Positions 1 to 8,832 of a stretch of DNA of 64,000 nt are shown here, piece by piece; the first letter of the stretch is position 1; each line of letters starts with the position of its first letter. The DNA lies in the IMG/VR virus record IMGVR_UViG_2913147268_000005, one strand, 5' to 3'. Made by a program: the position numbers and the translations under genes. The DNA is from a virus. Taxonomy: Duplodnaviria; Heunggongvirae; Uroviricota; Caudoviricetes. The notes under the pieces are model-generated. The model was given only the letters and a program-made list of their open reading frames with translations. It made no database searches and was not told the origin of the DNA.

Positions 1-780
1 TTATCTGAACATGGCGTTTGCGGCGCTTTTGCGTATCTTCTCTAGACCTTTTGTAGTCCATTTCTCTGGTACAGGTGTAAACCGTAGTGCAAAATCTGCC
101 TCCATATTATCACCACTGAAACGTGCCACTCCACGTTCCAATTTTGTTTGCCAAGTGACTTTTTTAGTTTTACCCTCTATATCTTGATATTCAATAATTA
201 ATTTTGGACCAGTGAATGATGAAGAACCGACTAATTTAAGTCTATGTGAAAGATATGCTATATTCAATAGAATATCAATTGCCGCGGTTGGTACAAAAAT
301 GTTTTTTGACTTCTTATCTATACTATATGGTAACGAAAAATCAATATCGTAAGGTGTCGATAAAGTATTGTACATATATACTTTTCTTTCTTTTATTATT
401 TTGAACATTCCATACTGGGAGTCGGTTGTAAAAGATTTATCTTCTTTTTTGAATTTTTTCGAAAACAACTCTAAATATAGATTTATGTTTTTTTTATAAT
501 TAAAATCCCAATGATATCTAAGTGAAATTGCCGCCCCCAATCCTATGTTTGAAAATTTTGTTTGTGGAAGCGTAGGGGCTTGTAAGATATCAACATGAAA
601 ACCGTTGAAATCGTTAACATTCATCTTGATATTTAAAGTGTCTATCACTAAATTGGGTTTATAAGAGAGCCTTCTTTGAAATATCGTTAACCATATTGCA
701 TATAATGCAGCAATTGCTGAAATGAAAGTACCAACTGAAGATATGTAGGTGATTAGTTTGTCGAATGTAATTGTAATCAA
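1..780 (-). CDS. Hypothetical membrane-anchored protein (259 aa), AT-rich cargo gene downstream of int
   Basis: Complete ORF (stop at 1-3); one N-terminal hydrophobic helix (ISSVGTFISAIAALYAIWLTIF) followed by a Lys/Asn-rich soluble part; clearly AT-rich relative to the adjacent integrase. Confidence 0.5.
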   Translation of the reverse strand: MITITFDKLITYISSVGTFISAIAALYAIWLTIFQRRLSYKPNLVIDTLNIKMNVNDFNGFHVDILQAPTLPQTKFSNIGLGAAISLRYHWDFNYKKNINLYLELFSKKFKKEDKSFTTDSQYGMFKIIKERKVYMYNTLSTPYDIDFSLPYSIDKKSKNIFVPTAAIDILLNIAYLSHRLKLVGSSSFTGPKLIIEYQDIEGKTKKVTWQTKLERGVARFSGDNMEADFALRFTPVPEKWTTKGLEKIRKSAANAMFR

Positions 781-821
781 CTTTAAATCCCCGATTTTAA
801 AAATGCGGGGATTATTAAATA

Positions 822-1994
822 TTAATTATGATTATGCAAATGATTTATCGATGTAAAGTTATCATACTCTTTAAGATACGAACCATAGTGCCTGAAAAGC
901 ATCTCCGGCCCTTTATGCCCCATTTGAGCTGCAAGCCAAAACAGGTTTGCTCCTCGGCTGATATGGCTGGTGGCGAATGTATGCCTGGTTTGATATGGGT
1001 TTCTGTAACGAATACCTGCTTTTCGCAATGTTGGCACCCATGCTTTTTTCCTAATTGCATCAGCACTTGCCCAAGGCTTATTGGTCTTTGGATCTTCAAA
1101 GACAGTAGCATCCTTCATGAATGTAAATGGCTTCTGATTTATCAGCGCCAACATTGCCTCTTCTGTCAGTTCAACTTTCCGAGTACCTGCTTTTGTCTTT
1201 GTCCCTTTGATAACACCGACAACACTTGCGCTCTGGACATGGGCAGTTTTTCCAACAAAGTCGATATCACGCCATCGAAGGGCACATAATTCAGAACTAC
1301 GCAGGCCTGTATGTATAGCGAACCGGAACAGATTTTCCCATTGTTTGTTTCCGGCTGCTGCTAGTAATGCATCAACTTCTGCTGGTGATAGCGGATCAAC
1401 CACGTAGCTGCTTTCTGCTTCTGACTTATCACTTTGGTAGCGCGAAGCAGTTACCAACGATACGGGGTTAATTTGAAGTACCCCATCGGTTACGGCTTCA
1501 TCAAGTGCTGACCGCAGGAAAGATAACTGGTTGCGAATTGTTTTTAAGGTCGTTTTCTGGCTTTGAATCCACGCTTTCAGGATTGCTGGTGTTAATTCAC
1601 TTGCAGGGCAAATGTGGAGTGAGGCTAACGCACTACGGCATTTTTTATAACCACCAATCGTAGAGGGTGAAAGTTTTCTCGTTTCGCAGATTTCAAGGTA
1701 TTCGTCCAGGTACATTTTTACCGTTTTGCCTGCAGCAGCATTACCAAAAATTTTCAAACGAGCAGAACGGGGAAAATATTCCGCATAAATGAATGTTCCC
1801 CTTTCGATCTTATTATGAATTTCGCCGAGTGTGCGCTCGGCGTATTTTATGTTCTTTGGTGTTACTTCCAGATTGGAAAGAGGCTCACGACATTTAACTC
1901 CTTTGTAGGTGAAAGTTATATTGATCGTTTCGCCCTGGCGGTGTTTCCTGATTGTTACGCCGCGCGGTAGTTTGAGCAGTTTTGTCTGGCCCAT
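822..1994 (-). CDS. int: Phage tyrosine integrase
   Basis: 390-aa ORF; C-terminal tyrosine-recombinase region (RHTFATSHISRGANLFWLAAQMGHKGPEMLFRHYGSY); ATG start; sits beside an excisionase-like gene. Confidence 0.9.
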   Translation of the reverse strand: MGQTKLLKLPRGVTIRKHRQGETINITFTYKGVKCREPLSNLEVTPKNIKYAERTLGEIHNKIERGTFIYAEYFPRSARLKIFGNAAAGKTVKMYLDEYLEICETRKLSPSTIGGYKKCRSALASLHICPASELTPAILKAWIQSQKTTLKTIRNQLSFLRSALDEAVTDGVLQINPVSLVTASRYQSDKSEAESSYVVDPLSPAEVDALLAAAGNKQWENLFRFAIHTGLRSSELCALRWRDIDFVGKTAHVQSASVVGVIKGTKTKAGTRKVELTEEAMLALINQKPFTFMKDATVFEDPKTNKPWASADAIRKKAWVPTLRKAGIRYRNPYQTRHTFATSHISRGANLFWLAAQMGHKGPEMLFRHYGSYLKEYDNFTSINHLHNHN

Positions 1995-2173
1995 TTTGCA
2001 ACCTCACTAAGATCAATCCACCTCTCCTTAACGCCTTCAACCTTTAAAACCTGAACACCTTCACGCCAAACACCGCGCTGTACACGTTTGTTTATTGCTT
2101 CAGGAGTTTCGCCAGTTTCTTTGCAATAAGTTGAGATTGGAACACAATCGAGGTTCAGCATATGTTTCTCCAC
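1955..2173 (-). CDS. xis: Excisionase-like small DNA-binding protein
   Basis: 72-aa ORF overlapping the int start; winged-helix Xis-like composition; canonical position immediately upstream of int. Confidence 0.6.
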   Translation of the reverse strand: MEKHMLNLDCVPISTYCKETGETPEAINKRVQRGVWREGVQVLKVEGVKERWIDLSEVAKWARQNCSNYRAA

Positions 2174-2220
2174 TTAGCCCGCTGCACACGGGCAGTAATA
2201 TCAAATTCCAGTCCTGATAA

Positions 2221-2436
2221 TTAATTTTGTTCCCTGGTTGCTACCTGTTTTATTGGCCTGATGCTGTCCAGTAGCAGACGGCGACGCATGTTAGGTGCCC
2301 CCCAACGGTAACCAGTCTTTTTGTCGTAGGATTCACAACGTCCGGCAACCCAGGACGTTTCAGTGGAATGTAATTTCATTCGCTTTTCACCGTCTCGGGT
2401 GATAACAATTCCTGTATGAGTTTTTATCACGCTCAT
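2221..2436 (-). CDS. Hypothetical phage early protein (71 aa)
   Basis: ORF in the early-left operon, stop overlapped by the start of the next gene. Confidence 0.4.
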   Translation of the reverse strand: MSVIKTHTGIVITRDGEKRMKLHSTETSWVAGRCESYDKKTGYRWGAPNMRRRLLLDSIRPIKQVATREQN

Positions 2437-2795
2437 TTCTTAGTCTCTGGTGCTTTCGGCATTACTGCCCAGTGAGTGATATTGACGTTTTCAAGGTCCC
2501 CGACCTGAAATGTCCACTGCCATTCTCCGGTTTCTTTTTGTCCCCAGGTGTACCAGAGAGAACGCCAGCCAATCAGCCAGCCTTCTCCGTTAGCATCAAA
2601 TAACAGAACACTTTCATTTGCTGGTGGCAGTTCAGCTGACACTGGTATTATTTTGCTTTCCAGTGCCGCACATTTAGCTTCAAGCGCGTCGAATTTACGT
2701 ACCAGGTACTCAGCATTTGTTTCGTTCACTTTCAGATCTCGCGGTACACATTTCCCGCGAAGAAACCCTTCCATTTCGAAAACATTTATGCGCAT
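2433..2795 (-). CDS. Hypothetical phage early protein (120 aa, YfdS-like by size and position)
   Basis: ORF overlaps both neighbours by a few nt in a co-directional early operon. Confidence 0.5.
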   Translation of the reverse strand: MRINVFEMEGFLRGKCVPRDLKVNETNAEYLVRKFDALEAKCAALESKIIPVSAELPPANESVLLFDANGEGWLIGWRSLWYTWGQKETGEWQWTFQVGDLENVNITHWAVMPKAPETKK

Positions 2796-3334
2796 TTGCG
2801 TAACTCCGATAATTCGTTAAAGCGTTCCATAAACATCCCGTAGGCATGGCCTGGAGCCAGTGGAATCACGTTGAACATCTCTGTTGCCGGGATACCTTCC
2901 AGCACAGGCCAGAAAGAGCCATCATCAAGCCCGAGATCGCGGCGTTCGGTTGCCAGCATGATGAGATCGGCATATTTCACGGGTGTACTCATAACCGGGG
3001 GTAACCCGTATTTCTCACGGATTACGGCGTCTATTTTTTCTTCCATCCGTTTATAGTCAGGAAGAAGGCGTTTCAGTGGAGCCGGGATGTCCTGGCAATA
3101 CGCTTCTGTTGCATCATGCATTAACGCTTCAAAAGCAAATTCCTGCGGTACCAGCTGGCTGCAAAGCACCGCATGTTGGGCGACGCTGTAGAAGTGTGAA
3201 AGATGGCCGGCAAAGCGACAGATATTTGAAAGGGAAACCGCGATATCGTTAATATCGATGTTGTCTTTATTTATCCTGTCATAGTAAAAATGCTTCCCGG
3301 AAAAAGTTTTAATAAATGACATTTTGTTCTCCAC
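2786..3334 (-). CDS. HD-domain phosphohydrolase (YfdR-like)
   Basis: 182 aa with His...His-Asp signature residues (HLSHFYSVAQHAV ... MHDATEAY) typical of HD-domain hydrolases. Confidence 0.7.
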   Translation of the reverse strand: MENKMSFIKTFSGKHFYYDRINKDNIDINDIAVSLSNICRFAGHLSHFYSVAQHAVLCSQLVPQEFAFEALMHDATEAYCQDIPAPLKRLLPDYKRMEEKIDAVIREKYGLPPVMSTPVKYADLIMLATERRDLGLDDGSFWPVLEGIPATEMFNVIPLAPGHAYGMFMERFNELSELRKCA

Positions 3335-3450
3335 GTTATATGCGCTGCACCGCGCTGAATTTTGGTTAAAGAAAACCCTCGCCTTCAGGCGATTATTGAG
3401 TCAATTACATTTCCATAAATGCCCCCGCAGGGGCATTTGCAGTAATGAAA

Positions 3451-4275
3451 TCAGGCGGTGAAAGTCCCAATAAAGGTTTCTACTTTGCTGTCCTTGAATT
3501 TCTCAACAAGCAGATCACGAAATTCGTTAGCCATATCTTCCTGCACCGCTTCCAGCTGAATAATGCGCAGAACCAGTACCGGACGATCGCCAGTGATAAT
3601 GCTGAGGCGTAATTTAAACGGACGTTCTTTCAGACCTTCAAACGGAACGCATTTAAACTCAAATGCCACTGGCATAATGTCTTTGGTCTTCGCTTCGACA
3701 GACTCCATCAGGGAGCGTTTGCCGCTGAAGTCATTATCTTCAAAATCAGCAGTCTGGTTTGCTTCAATCGTGATTTTACGGACCGCCGCAGCCGCTTTTG
3801 TTGCCTGAATGGCATCACCATTAGCATCAAAGCCCACAAGGTAGTCGGCCCAGTCTTCAATCCATTCTGCCAGAGACTTCTGGGAGTTACGCTCGCCGTT
3901 AACAGACAATAGTGCAGAGAACGGTGCTGTCTTTTTCAGTTTGAGAGTGGCGGTGTTATCTGCGTGACCTGGTTCATCAATAGTACCCAGGTTAAGCACA
4001 CTGACGGCACGCATATTATCGGCATCGATAAAGCAGCGGGTGCCTTCATCTGCAAGATCTTTAGAATAACGGGTAAAGTCATCGATGCTGGCAGTGGAAA
4101 GCGCACCACGGAAACGGAAGCGATTTAAATTAAATTTTTCCAGATCATGAATGCGGAAATTCTCAGGCAATGCCACAGCATCGGCACCAATCTTACTGAT
4201 AATTTCATTAACACCCTGAGCAGAAACAAGGGCATGGATTTGATTAATTGCGGTTGCGTCTAAGTTCTGAGACAT
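3451..4275 (-). CDS. Phage protein, YfdQ/DUF2303-like (274 aa)
   Basis: Size and position match the CPS-53-type early-left gene set; the family call is from recollection, not a search. Confidence 0.55.
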   Translation of the reverse strand: MSQNLDATAINQIHALVSAQGVNEIISKIGADAVALPENFRIHDLEKFNLNRFRFRGALSTASIDDFTRYSKDLADEGTRCFIDADNMRAVSVLNLGTIDEPGHADNTATLKLKKTAPFSALLSVNGERNSQKSLAEWIEDWADYLVGFDANGDAIQATKAAAAVRKITIEANQTADFEDNDFSGKRSLMESVEAKTKDIMPVAFEFKCVPFEGLKERPFKLRLSIITGDRPVLVLRIIQLEAVQEDMANEFRDLLVEKFKDSKVETFIGTFTA

Positions 4276-4340
4276 AATAAGTCCTCACTATATAAAGATA
4301 TTCAGTGATGAGATAAATAATCAGTTTATTAAGAACGATA

Positions 4341-4703
4341 TTAACGACCTGCTGCGCGGAGTTTTCCGTCAGGTTCACCGGCAAGAGTCAGTAATTGTCC
4401 CTGGTCTTCCTGCAGAATAGTCAGGCGACCACCGCGATTGACATACATCGGCGTTTCGGTGGTGTCTTCTTCAGAAATTTTCCCGCGGTTAGTCGGGCGA
4501 ACATATGAGAGTTTGTGTTTGATTTTCACACGGTTCTCATCAAATGGTTCGATTTCCAGGTTGAGTGAGACCTTACCTTTGGTTTTCGTGTTCATCACAC
4601 CGGAAGCGACTTCACTGAGAACTGCGCCGATTTTGGTTTCAAATACGCCGCCGTCCAGCTCCCCGATAAATGCCTGCACATCAGTACTGCGTTCGCTAGC
4701 CAT
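4341..4703 (-). CDS. Hypothetical phage early protein (120 aa)
   Basis: Internal ATG at 4703 preceded by a GAGGAG RBS; the longer 226-aa frame upstream lacks coding character. Confidence 0.5.
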   Translation of the reverse strand: MASERSTDVQAFIGELDGGVFETKIGAVLSEVASGVMNTKTKGKVSLNLEIEPFDENRVKIKHKLSYVRPTNRGKISEEDTTETPMYVNRGGRLTILQEDQGQLLTLAGEPDGKLRAAGR

Positions 4704-4754
4704 TTTGCTGCTCCTCATCATATCGACCCTGCAAGGTCGGTTAGTTTCTCCACA

Positions 4755-4840
4755 AAACAGAGAAGAACACCTGCGGTGACTGCCGCCCGGATGGATTGGG
4801 TTATGAGCCCGTCGTCCGGTGATGCTCTTCTCTGTTTTGT
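4755..4840. repeat. Perfect 15-bp inverted repeat (ACAAAACAGAGAAGA / TCTTCTCTGTTTTGT) enclosing about 56 nt; candidate structured RNA or DNA element
   Basis: Read directly from sequence; lies in a roughly 470-bp stretch with no convincing ORF. Confidence 0.45.
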
Positions 4841-5104
4841 AAAAAGGACGGTACCAGCCGGAAGCAAGGGTACAAGCTGGTACCGCCAAGACTACACACA
4901 GCATAAAGTTGTGGTGCCGGGTGCCTCCCGGTGCCTGGCGAAGGTTGCACACTAGGCGGGTGGGTATCCACAGAAGGTCGACTGTCAGCCTCAACCTTAA
5001 CCCGCGTGCGCTGAGCCGCATTCACCACAACGCTAAGGATTCTCTCTGGTTGAAAATACTTAGCTGTTATGTGCCTGCTTTTAGCCACATCAGGCGAGGT
5101 GGAC

Positions 5105-5156
5105 CTGGTTATTCCCCAACAACAAGGATTCGGTTAATCTGGTTATCCCCAACAAC
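5105..5156 (+). promoter_or_regulatory. Two direct repeats (CTGGTTATTCCCCAACAAC / CTGGTTATCCCCAACAAC) upstream of the 5172 gene
   Basis: Near-identical 18-bp repeats about 34 bp apart, ending about 15 bp before the RBS of the downstream ORF. Confidence 0.35.
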
Positions 5157-5171
5157 GCAAAAGGAAAAGAA

Positions 5172-5606
5172 ATGTCCGGTAATATCTATACGCTGTACAA
5201 ATCCCACTGTGAAAATGTTGGAAAGTATCGGGGCATTGAAATCAGTGGGGTAGTGTCATCAGTCGAAATAAGCAAAGTTGAATCAAGGGCAACATTACTT
5301 ACTCTTTTGGACCTTGTCTTACATGAGCACCGGAAGAAATTCGGCACTCCCTATAATCAGTTGAATGGGAAAAAGGCTCTGGTTCACCTTATTCTGATGA
5401 AGCATCACTGGATGCCAAAACAGATTAATGAGATGAAATTTGATGAACTTCTTCTTTCAATTCAGGATGAACTCACACTTGATAAAATAAGCGTAACCGC
5501 CCAGAAATTTTTAGATTATCGAGACTGGAGATCACAAATTCATCACTTTGATGATTTTGACGAAAATGAATGGGATCCTAATTTGTCTGCACAATATCTA
5601 AAGTAA
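5172..5606 (+). CDS. Hypothetical protein (144 aa), opposite-strand moron inside the early-left region
   Basis: ATG with AAGGAAAAG RBS; AT-rich; convergent with and overlapping the 3' end of the leftward small gene. Confidence 0.45.
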   Translation: MSGNIYTLYKSHCENVGKYRGIEISGVVSSVEISKVESRATLLTLLDLVLHEHRKKFGTPYNQLNGKKALVHLILMKHHWMPKQINEMKFDELLLSIQDELTLDKISVTAQKFLDYRDWRSQIHHFDDFDENEWDPNLSAQYLK

Positions 5607-5784
5607 CATCCTGTGATAAAACCGTGATTTCCTGATCCAGTTTTTTTAAGGAGTCTATTGTTTCCTGTCGATAAGACAGCACTTCACGAAGCTGGTTTAT
5701 AGCTGCCAGCTTCTTTGTCATCCACTCATAAATTTCCTCATCTGTGTAGCCAGGCGCGACGATTTTGGGTTCTGTTTTGTGCAT
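5578..5784 (-). CDS. Small early-left protein (68 aa) at the position of antiterminator N
   Basis: ATG at 5784 with GAGGAG RBS 7 nt upstream; first gene downstream of the putative leftward promoter; no recognisable Arg-rich N motif. Confidence 0.4.
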   Translation of the reverse strand: MHKTEPKIVAPGYTDEEIYEWMTKKLAAINQLREVLSYRQETIDSLKKLDQEITVLSQDVTLDIVQTN

Positions 5785-5843
5785 TTCACATCTCCTCAAG
5801 TTATCAGTTACTTGTTGATGGGGACCAGATTGTTAAAGAGCTA

Positions 5844-5866
5844 AGCGTCCTGTAGGGCGCTTTTTT
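5844..5866 (+). terminator. Intrinsic terminator candidate (stem AGCGTCC/GGGCGCT, then T6)
   Basis: Hairpin followed by TTTTTT on the plus strand, about 240 nt downstream of the 5172-5606 ORF. Confidence 0.5.
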
Positions 5867-5939
5867 GTTGCTAACGAATCATCCTGGACTTCATATGCCC
5901 CAGGCGGCTACTTCGTGGGCGTCCTGCCTGTTCGTTATC

Positions 5940-6031
5940 TTTGACATAAAATCTAACTTAACTTAGTTATTATGGCAAGAGAAAACACCAAACTTTTCTT
6001 AGTTCGGTGCCTTAGTTAGAGAAGAGAGGTC
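5940..6031 (-). promoter_or_regulatory. Putative leftward early promoter/operator region (PL/OL-like) with CTTAGTT repeats
   Basis: Repeated CTTAGTT / AACTTAGTT motifs immediately 3' of the repressor gene; same motif family as in the cI-cro intergenic region. Confidence 0.4.
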
Positions 6032-6658
6032 TTAGAGTTCGTATTGAACTCCTTTGACTACACCAATGATAAGGCAATTACCATTGATAGGGATGTTGGG
6101 ATACCGAGGATTTAATGGCACTAAAAACTTTTGAGGGCCATCGATGACTAATTTTTTTACTGTAGCTTCGTTTGTTCCATCAAGTCGAGCGATGACTATT
6201 TTTCCATGACGAGGTTCTGCATCTGGATCTACAATCACTGTTGCGCCTTCTGGTATTGTTGGGAGGCCATTAGGGTTAGTCATGGAGTCACCTTTAACCT
6301 CTAATGCAAATGAGTTATCACCAATCTTTAATGATGTATCTACCCACTTGTCCACTTCACTAAACACTTCTGCTGCCCTGCACTCAGTAAACTGCCCAGC
6401 CTGAACCCACGATATTACAGGAACTCTGCGCATGTTTGTGACGAGTTTGCCTTCAAACTCAGCACCATAAAGAATGTAATCTATTGACGTATTGAAGAAC
6501 TTCGCTAATTTCGAAAGTGCCTCCCCACCAGGGGTATTGATGTCTTTCTCCCAGTACCCCACAGCAACGTCGCTTACTCCACAAAATTTACCCAATTCTT
6601 TCTGGGACGTTCTGGTAACTCTTCTCAGAGCTTTTATACGCTGACCAACCGTTTCCAT
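6032..6658 (-). CDS. cI: CI-type phage repressor (HTH plus LexA-like S24 peptidase domain)
   Basis: 208 aa; N-terminal HTH (QKELGKFCGVSDVAVGYWE); C-terminal autocleavage domain with Ser (GDSM) and Lys (VIARLDG...KKL) regions; divergent from the cro-like gene. Confidence 0.85.
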   Translation of the reverse strand: METVGQRIKALRRVTRTSQKELGKFCGVSDVAVGYWEKDINTPGGEALSKLAKFFNTSIDYILYGAEFEGKLVTNMRRVPVISWVQAGQFTECRAAEVFSEVDKWVDTSLKIGDNSFALEVKGDSMTNPNGLPTIPEGATVIVDPDAEPRHGKIVIARLDGTNEATVKKLVIDGPQKFLVPLNPRYPNIPINGNCLIIGVVKGVQYEL

Positions 6659-6755
6659 AGGAGCACCATTTCTTTAATTACTAAGTAATCTTAGTTTTTA
6701 TTGACCAAAGATAGATTTGTAATTAGCATCTAATAAAACTTAGTTTGGAGGGCGT
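6659..6755. promoter_or_regulatory. Divergent repressor/cro promoter-operator region
   Basis: 97-bp intergenic region with the 13-bp palindrome ATTACTAAGTAAT and two CTTAGTT half-site-like repeats. Confidence 0.6.
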
Positions 6756-6956
6756 ATGACAACTGACGATATCGAAAGCTACTTCGGCAGTATTGAGAAA
6801 GTTGCTGCTTTTTTCGGCATAACAACTGAAGCCGTTTATCAGTGGCGAAACCGTCCGGGCCAGTTAATTCCAAAAGGACGTGCAGCAGAAGCTGCATATA
6901 GAACTTGCGGACGGTTGCCATTTAAACCTGAGCTTTATGAAAAATCTAATGGATAA
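6756..6956 (+). CDS. cro: Cro-type small HTH regulator
   Basis: 66 aa; HTH-like segment (EKVAAFFGITTEAVYQWRN); divergent from cI. Confidence 0.7.
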   Translation: MTTDDIESYFGSIEKVAAFFGITTEAVYQWRNRPGQLIPKGRAAEAAYRTCGRLPFKPELYEKSNG

Positions 6957-7546
6957 ATCGATTAACAGAAACCACAGAACGATGAGGCTAACCGTGGGTA
7001 AGCATCACTGGAAAGTAGAAAAACAGCCTGAGTGGTACGTGAAAGCTGTCAGAAAAACTATCGCAGCGTTGCCGGGGGGGTTACGCTGAAGCTGCTGACT
7101 GGCTGGATGTAACAGAGAACGCATTATTTAACCGCCTTCGTGCCGATGGCGATCAGATTTTCCCGCTGGGATGGGCAATGATTTTGCAACGTGCTGGTGG
7201 AACTCACTTCATTGCAGATGCTGTGGCGCAGTCTGCAAATGGCGTCTTTGTGTCTCTTCCTGACGTCGAGGATGTGGACAACGCTGATATTAACCAGCGT
7301 CTGCTGGAAGTCATTGAACAGATCGGCAGTTATTCAAAACAGATTCGTTCAGCAATCGAAGACGGTGTAGTGGAACCGCATGAGAAGACAGCAATTAATG
7401 ACGAGCTCTACCTCTCAATTTCGAAGCTGCAGGAGCATGCAGCACTGGTCTACAAAATTTTTTGCATTTCAGAAAGTAATGACGCCCGCGAGTGTGCAGC
7501 TCCGGGCGCCGTGGCGTGTCGTGACTGTGGAGAAACTAACGCATGA
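6937..7546 (+). pseudogene. CII/YdaT-like regulator gene interrupted by a frameshift at a G7 homopolymer
   Basis: ORF 6937-7089 and the frame ending at 7546 join into one ~203-aa product if the G7 run at 7074-7080 were G6; the downstream part (ENALFNRLRADGDQIFPLGWAMILQ) resembles CII-type regulators. Confidence 0.4.
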
Positions 7547-7881
7547 ACAGTTTAACAACACACTACCGTCGCTCGCAACTGATTGCGCTTCCTGTACCGG
7601 GTGGAAAAGCGAAGGTGGAATATTGCTATGCAGTGAATGTACCAGGTGACAGGGAAATTGTAACCCACAGCTTTGCAGAGTGGGCTGTGGGTGATTTCAA
7701 CCGGCAGAAGGAGACAGTCCTTTGCGACAAGTTAACCGCTGGTTCAAAGATCACTACGGAGTGCCCGTCAGAGTCATTCGTTGGGAGCCGGAAACACAAC
7801 GTGTTATCTACCTCCGCGAAGGCTATGAGCATGAGTGCTTCAGCCCGCTCGAACAGTTTCGTCGTAAATTCAGGGAAATAG
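7543..7881 (+). CDS. Hypothetical protein (112 aa); C-terminal frame uncertain
   Basis: ATG overlaps the upstream stop (ATGA); the last ~35 aa are low-complexity while the -1 frame over 7695-7901 reads protein-like. Confidence 0.4.
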   Translation: MNSLTTHYRRSQLIALPVPGGKAKVEYCYAVNVPGDREIVTHSFAEWAVGDFNRQKETVLCDKLTAGSKITTECPSESFVGSRKHNVLSTSAKAMSMSASARSNSFVVNSGK

Positions 7882-7890
7882 AGGTCGGTC

Positions 7891-8832
7891 ATGAGCACTA
7901 AATTAACCGGCTATGTATGGGATGGTTGCGCTGCATCAGGCATGAAATTATCCAGCGTGGCAATTATGGCCCGCCTGGCTGATTTCAGTAATGACGAAGG
8001 TGTGTGCTGGCCATCAATTGAAACCATTGCCCGCCAGATTGGCGCGGGAATGAGTACCGTCAGAACGGCTATCGCACGGCTGGAAGCAGAAGGCTGGTTA
8101 ACGCGTAAGGCGCGTCGCCAGGGTAACCGCAATGCGTCGAATGTTTATCAGCTTAACGTTGCGAAGCTTCAGGCAGCGGCATTTTCTCAACTGTCAGATT
8201 CTGACCCGTCAAAATCTGACGCATCAAAATCTGACCCGTCAAAATTTGATGCGTCGAAATCTGGCAAAAAAGCGGGTTTTCACCCGTCAGAATCTGGCGG
8301 GGATCCGTCAGTAAAATCAAAACATGATCCGTCAGATAAAAAAACTTCTCGTCCGGACGCTTCGCAACCGGACACGCAGACGGCTGAACAGGAGTTTTTA
8401 ACTCGCCATCCTGATGCGGTTGTATTCAGCCCTAAAAAGCGCCAGTGGGGAACGCAGGATGATTTGACCTGCGCACAGTGGCTCTGGAAAAAAATCATCG
8501 CCCTGTACGAGCAGGCCGCCGAATGTGACGGCGAGGTGGTTCGTCCCAAAGAACCGAACTGGACAGCCTGGGCAAACGAAATTCGCCTGATGTGTGTGCA
8601 GGATGGTCGTACTCATAAACAAATCTGCGAGATGTACAGCCGCGTCAGTCGCGATCCGTTCTGGTGCCGTAACGTGCTCAGCCCGTCGAAGCTGCGGGAA
8701 AAATGGGATGAGCTTTCCCTGCGCTTATCGCCGTCCGTCAGCACGTACACCGAAAAACGCGAAGACCCGTACTTCAAAGCCAGTTACGACAACGTGGACT
8801 ACAGCCAGATCCCGGCAGGATTCAGGGGGTGA
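7891..8832 (+). CDS. Replication initiator, lambda O-like
   Basis: 313 aa; N-terminal HTH segment (MSTKLTGYVWDGC...CWPSIETIARQIGAGMSTVRTAIARLEAEGWL); an iteron array is embedded in the coding sequence as in lambda O. Confidence 0.8.
   Translation: MSTKLTGYVWDGCAASGMKLSSVAIMARLADFSNDEGVCWPSIETIARQIGAGMSTVRTAIARLEAEGWLTRKARRQGNRNASNVYQLNVAKLQAAAFSQLSDSDPSKSDASKSDPSKFDASKSGKKAGFHPSESGGDPSVKSKHDPSDKKTSRPDASQPDTQTAEQEFLTRHPDAVVFSPKKRQWGTQDDLTCAQWLWKKIIALYEQAAECDGEVVRPKEPNWTAWANEIRLMCVQDGRTHKQICEMYSRVSRDPFWCRNVLSPSKLREKWDELSLRLSPSVSTYTEKREDPYFKASYDNVDYSQIPAGFRG
8191..8345 (+). repeat. Iteron array, putative replication origin, inside the O-like gene
   Basis: At least seven repeats of the family CCGTCAAAATCTGAC followed by an A-rich tract; encodes a Ser/Asp/Lys-rich linker. 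Confidence 0.65.

Noticed and set aside
8191-8345. Possible CRISPR array (also considered for 62800-63410)
   Set aside because: Repeats are iterons inside a replication gene and in-frame coding repeats respectively; no repeat-spacer architecture or cas genes anywhere in the window
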